Source: Shewanellaceae bacterium UBA2521 (GTDB lineage: Bacteria > Pseudomonadota > Gammaproteobacteria > Enterobacterales > Shewanellaceae). From it: DNA of 32,000 nt. A program made the position numbers and the translations under genes. The notes beneath the pieces were generated by a model. The model was given only the letters and a program-made list of their open reading frames with translations, did not search any database and was not told where the DNA came from. Of the stretch, positions 30,085 to 32,000 are shown one piece after another. The DNA lies in NCBI GenBank assembly GCA_002341165.1, contig DDNL01000090.1, forward strand, positions 1 through 32,000. The letters run 5' to 3'. Position 1 is the stretch's first letter. Every line of letters begins with the position of its first letter.

Positions 30085-30828
30085 ATGTGGAAATGGTTAC
30101 ATCCTTATACTAAGCCTGAAACGGCATATCACCTCTGTGGTCAACTCATGCCTTGGTTCCTTGCCTCTGCACTAGTTCTTATTGGATTAGGTACCATTTG
30201 GGGGCTAGCTTTTGCACCTGCCGATTATCAGCAAGGAGACGGATTTAGAATTATTTATATCCATGTTCCAACAGCTTCTATGTCTATGGGGGTTTATGTC
30301 AGCATGGCCTTCGCTGCCTTTGTTGGATTAGTCTGGCAATATAAACTTTCTGATTGGGCCGTAATTGCTATGGCGCCCATTGGTTTTGTATTCACTTGTA
30401 TTGCTTTAATTACAGGATCTCTGTGGGGTAAACCTATGTGGGGAGCTTGGTGGGTATGGGATGCTCGTTTAACTTCAGAACTAATACTGGCTTTTCTTTA
30501 TCTAGGCATTATCGCTTTATATCACGCCTTTGATGATAAAGTCATTGCAGCTAAAGCTGCCAGTATTTTAACTTTAGTGGGTAGCATTAATATTCCTATT
30601 ATCAAATTCTCTGTGGATTGGTGGAGCTCTCTACACCAGGGATCGACCATAAAAATTACGGAAAAATCAACAATGGTCAGTGAAATGCTCTATCCCTTAC
30701 TTTGCAATATTTTAGGGTTCGGATTGCTCTTTATTGGACTGACTTTAATTCGATTTCGCGCTGAAATTTTAGCACGTAATACTATGCGTCCTTGGGTAAG
30801 ACAATTTGTTCAAAAAGAAGGACATTAA
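30085..30828 (+). CDS. ccmC: Heme exporter protein CcmC
   Basis: 247 aa with the WWD heme-handling motif WGKPMWGAWWVWDARLTSE. Confidence 0.95.
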   Translation: MWKWLHPYTKPETAYHLCGQLMPWFLASALVLIGLGTIWGLAFAPADYQQGDGFRIIYIHVPTASMSMGVYVSMAFAAFVGLVWQYKLSDWAVIAMAPIGFVFTCIALITGSLWGKPMWGAWWVWDARLTSELILAFLYLGIIALYHAFDDKVIAAKAASILTLVGSINIPIIKFSVDWWSSLHQGSTIKITEKSTMVSEMLYPLLCNILGFGLLFIGLTLIRFRAEILARNTMRPWVRQFVQKEGH

Positions 30829-30831
30829 GAT

Positions 30832-31038
30832 ATGAATTTTGCGTTTGAAAGTCTATCTGCTTTTTTTTCTATGGGCGGTTATAGTTTTTATGTTTGGTCT
30901 GCATACGGTATTTCTTTTCTTTTTTTATTATTACTATGTATACAAAGTATTCGTATGCAAAAAAATATTCTGTATCACCTGAAAAAACAAATGTTACGTG
31001 AACAGAAAATAAAAGAGCGTACCAAGGTGAATCTATGA
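30832..31038 (+). CDS. ccmD: Heme exporter protein CcmD
   Basis: 68-aa single-TM protein between ccmC and ccmE. It overlaps the ccmE start by 4 bp. Confidence 0.75.
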   Translation: MNFAFESLSAFFSMGGYSFYVWSAYGISFLFLLLLCIQSIRMQKNILYHLKKQMLREQKIKERTKVNL

Positions 31039-31487
31039 ATTGGAGACGGAAAAAACGCTTATTCGCTGTTATAGGTTTATGTTTAGGCACTTCTTGTACT
31101 ATCGGTCTCATTTTATATGCTTTAAATTCAAATATGGATCTATTTTATATTCCATCAGAAATTCTTCATGGTAAACAAGGCCCTCAACAAGACAAGCCTC
31201 ATATAGGCCAAAGAATTCGCGTCGGAGGTATGGTGAGTTTTGGCAGTGTACAACGTCACCCAGAAACACTTGATGTTGAATTTAAATTACATGATCAAAC
31301 TGGCGAACAGGTCACAGTTGTCTATAAAGGATTACTTCCTGATTTATTTCGCGAAGGTCAAGGTATTGTAGCGCAAGGTACTTTAATACAAAAAAATAAA
31401 ATTCGAGCACAAGAAGTTTTAGCAAAACACGATGAGACTTACATGCCTCCTGAATTAAAAAATAAAATGAAACATGTGAAACCTTAA
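31035..31487 (+). CDS. ccmE: Cytochrome c-type biogenesis heme chaperone CcmE
   Basis: 150 aa with an N-terminal anchor, an OB-fold region and the heme-binding His motif [12 protein letters not shown]. Confidence 0.95.
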   Translation: MNWRRKKRLFAVIGLCLGTSCTIGLILYALNSNMDLFYIPSEILHGKQGPQQDKPHIGQRIRVGGMVSFGSVQRHPETLDVEFKLHDQTGEQVTVVYKGLLPDLFREGQGIVAQGTLIQKNKIRAQEVLAKHDETYMPPELKNKMKHVKP

Positions 31488-31673
31488 ATCATATGTTTTA
31501 TTTACTAAAAATAGAATATATGATGTGCATCAATATCTTAATTATTTTATATGCATTTATGTTTAAGAATAAAAATATATAAAATTTTACTTACATGCAT
31601 CACACTTTTGCTCGTTTTCACATCAACTACATGCTCTTTTTCTTTTTATGATTTATCATATAGCTTGCATATG

Positions 31674-31715
31674 ATTAATATTGCTGAATATATCAATATA
31701 TTCAGCAATATTAAT
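31674..31715. repeat. 42-bp near-perfect palindrome (20-bp arms, 2-bp spacer)
   Basis: ATTAATATTGCTGAATATAT-ca-ATATATTCAGCAATATTAAT, checked base by base. It lies in the 325-bp AT-rich gap between ccmE and mraZ, about 100 bp upstream of the mraZ ATG. Confidence 0.9.
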
Positions 31716-31758
31716 AAATGCTTGAAAGTTTTCTTTATCATTTCTACACTTAAGCTAA

Positions 31759-31783
31759 GTGGAGTTATGTGGTGTTTTGTGGA
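31759..31783 (+). promoter_or_regulatory. Three direct GTGG(A/T) repeats with exact 10-bp phasing: candidate MraZ operator
   Basis: GTGGAgttatGTGGTgttttGTGGA lies 30-54 bp upstream of the mraZ ATG. MraZ is known to bind arrays of (G)TGG-type direct repeats with 5-nt spacers in the mra promoter region. Confidence 0.5.
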
Positions 31784-31812
31784 TCATCCATAGCATTTAG
31801 GTGAGGTTTTAA

Positions 31813-32000
31813 ATGTTAAGTGGTTCAAGCGCATTGAATTTAGACAGTAAGGGGCGTATGGCATTCCCTGTTCGCTACCGAGATATTCTCGCAGCACAAT
31901 GCGAAGGAAAAGTAGTGTGTACTGTTGATTTATTTTCACCTTGCTTGCTTTTATACCCACAACCACAATGGCTTATCGTTGCAGAAAGACTTGGAGTTTT
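31813..32000 (+). CDS. mraZ: Transcriptional regulator MraZ (5' part; runs off the window end)
   Basis: Not in the ORF track because it is open at the window edge. My own translation is MLSGSSALNLDSKGRMAFPVRYRDILAAQCEGKVVCTVDLFSPCLLLYPQPQWLIVAERLGV. E. coli MraZ as remembered is [26 protein letters not shown]...[20 protein letters not shown]. The SD AGGTGAGG lies 6-7 nt upstream. Confidence 0.9.
   Translation, partial: MLSGSSALNLDSKGRMAFPVRYRDILAAQCEGKVVCTVDLFSPCLLLYPQPQWLIVAERLGV

Noticed and set aside
31674-31715. The palindrome as a LexA (SOS) box or Fur box
   Set aside because: It contains CTG...CAG, but the spacing is 16 nt rather than the 10 nt of the gammaproteobacterial CTGT-N8-ACAG box. 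It does not match the GATAATGATAATCATTATC Fur consensus either.
31551-31966. ORFs 31551-31793 (+) and 31784-31966 (-)
   Set aside because: The first lies in the AT-rich intergenic gap with a low-complexity Ile/Leu/Phe/Ser-rich translation and covers the palindrome and GTGG boxes. The second is antisense to the clearly recognisable mraZ 5' end.

Overview
This 32-kb window looks like chromosomal DNA from an AT-rich gammaproteobacterium. The lineage is a tentative guess from gene order and protein similarity (Vibrio/Shewanella/Pseudomonas-like); no search was possible.

Core content:
- The System I cytochrome c maturation genes are split into two groups about 24 kb apart. ccmF-ccmG-ccmH sit on the - strand at 0-3.1 kb with a divergent ccmI. 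A cytochrome c5 gene and a divergent ccmA-B-C-D-E sit at 28.3-31.5 kb.
- RNase P RNA (rnpB, - strand, about 4890-5270) explains the two ORF-track entries at that position.
- rsmI / lpoA-yraN-diaA-dolP, trkA-rsmB-fmt-def / dprA-smg, and the 5' end of mraZ running off the window. mraZ is preceded by three 10-bp-phased GTGG boxes.

Between dolP and trkA lies a roughly 12.5-kb accessory block. It holds:
- a secreted alpha/beta hydrolase;
- a tandem pair of periplasmic-binding-protein genes, each interrupted by a two-TM K-channel-type pore (GluR0 / ionotropic-glutamate-receptor-like architecture with a non-canonical filter);
- a divergently transcribed two-TM sensor-like protein with no output domain;
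- a DUF2256 zinc-ribbon protein and an orphan MCP;
- a decayed eptA fragment and a stand-alone MMPL/RND-type transporter;
- two dehydrogenases, an orphan hutZ and a GIY-YIG protein.

The channel pair plus the adjacent sensor is the best candidate for something functionally uncharacterised here. I found no CRISPR array, tRNA, rRNA, transposase, integrase or recognisable defence system. All homology calls come from reading the translations against remembered family motifs and should be confirmed by HMM or BLAST searches.
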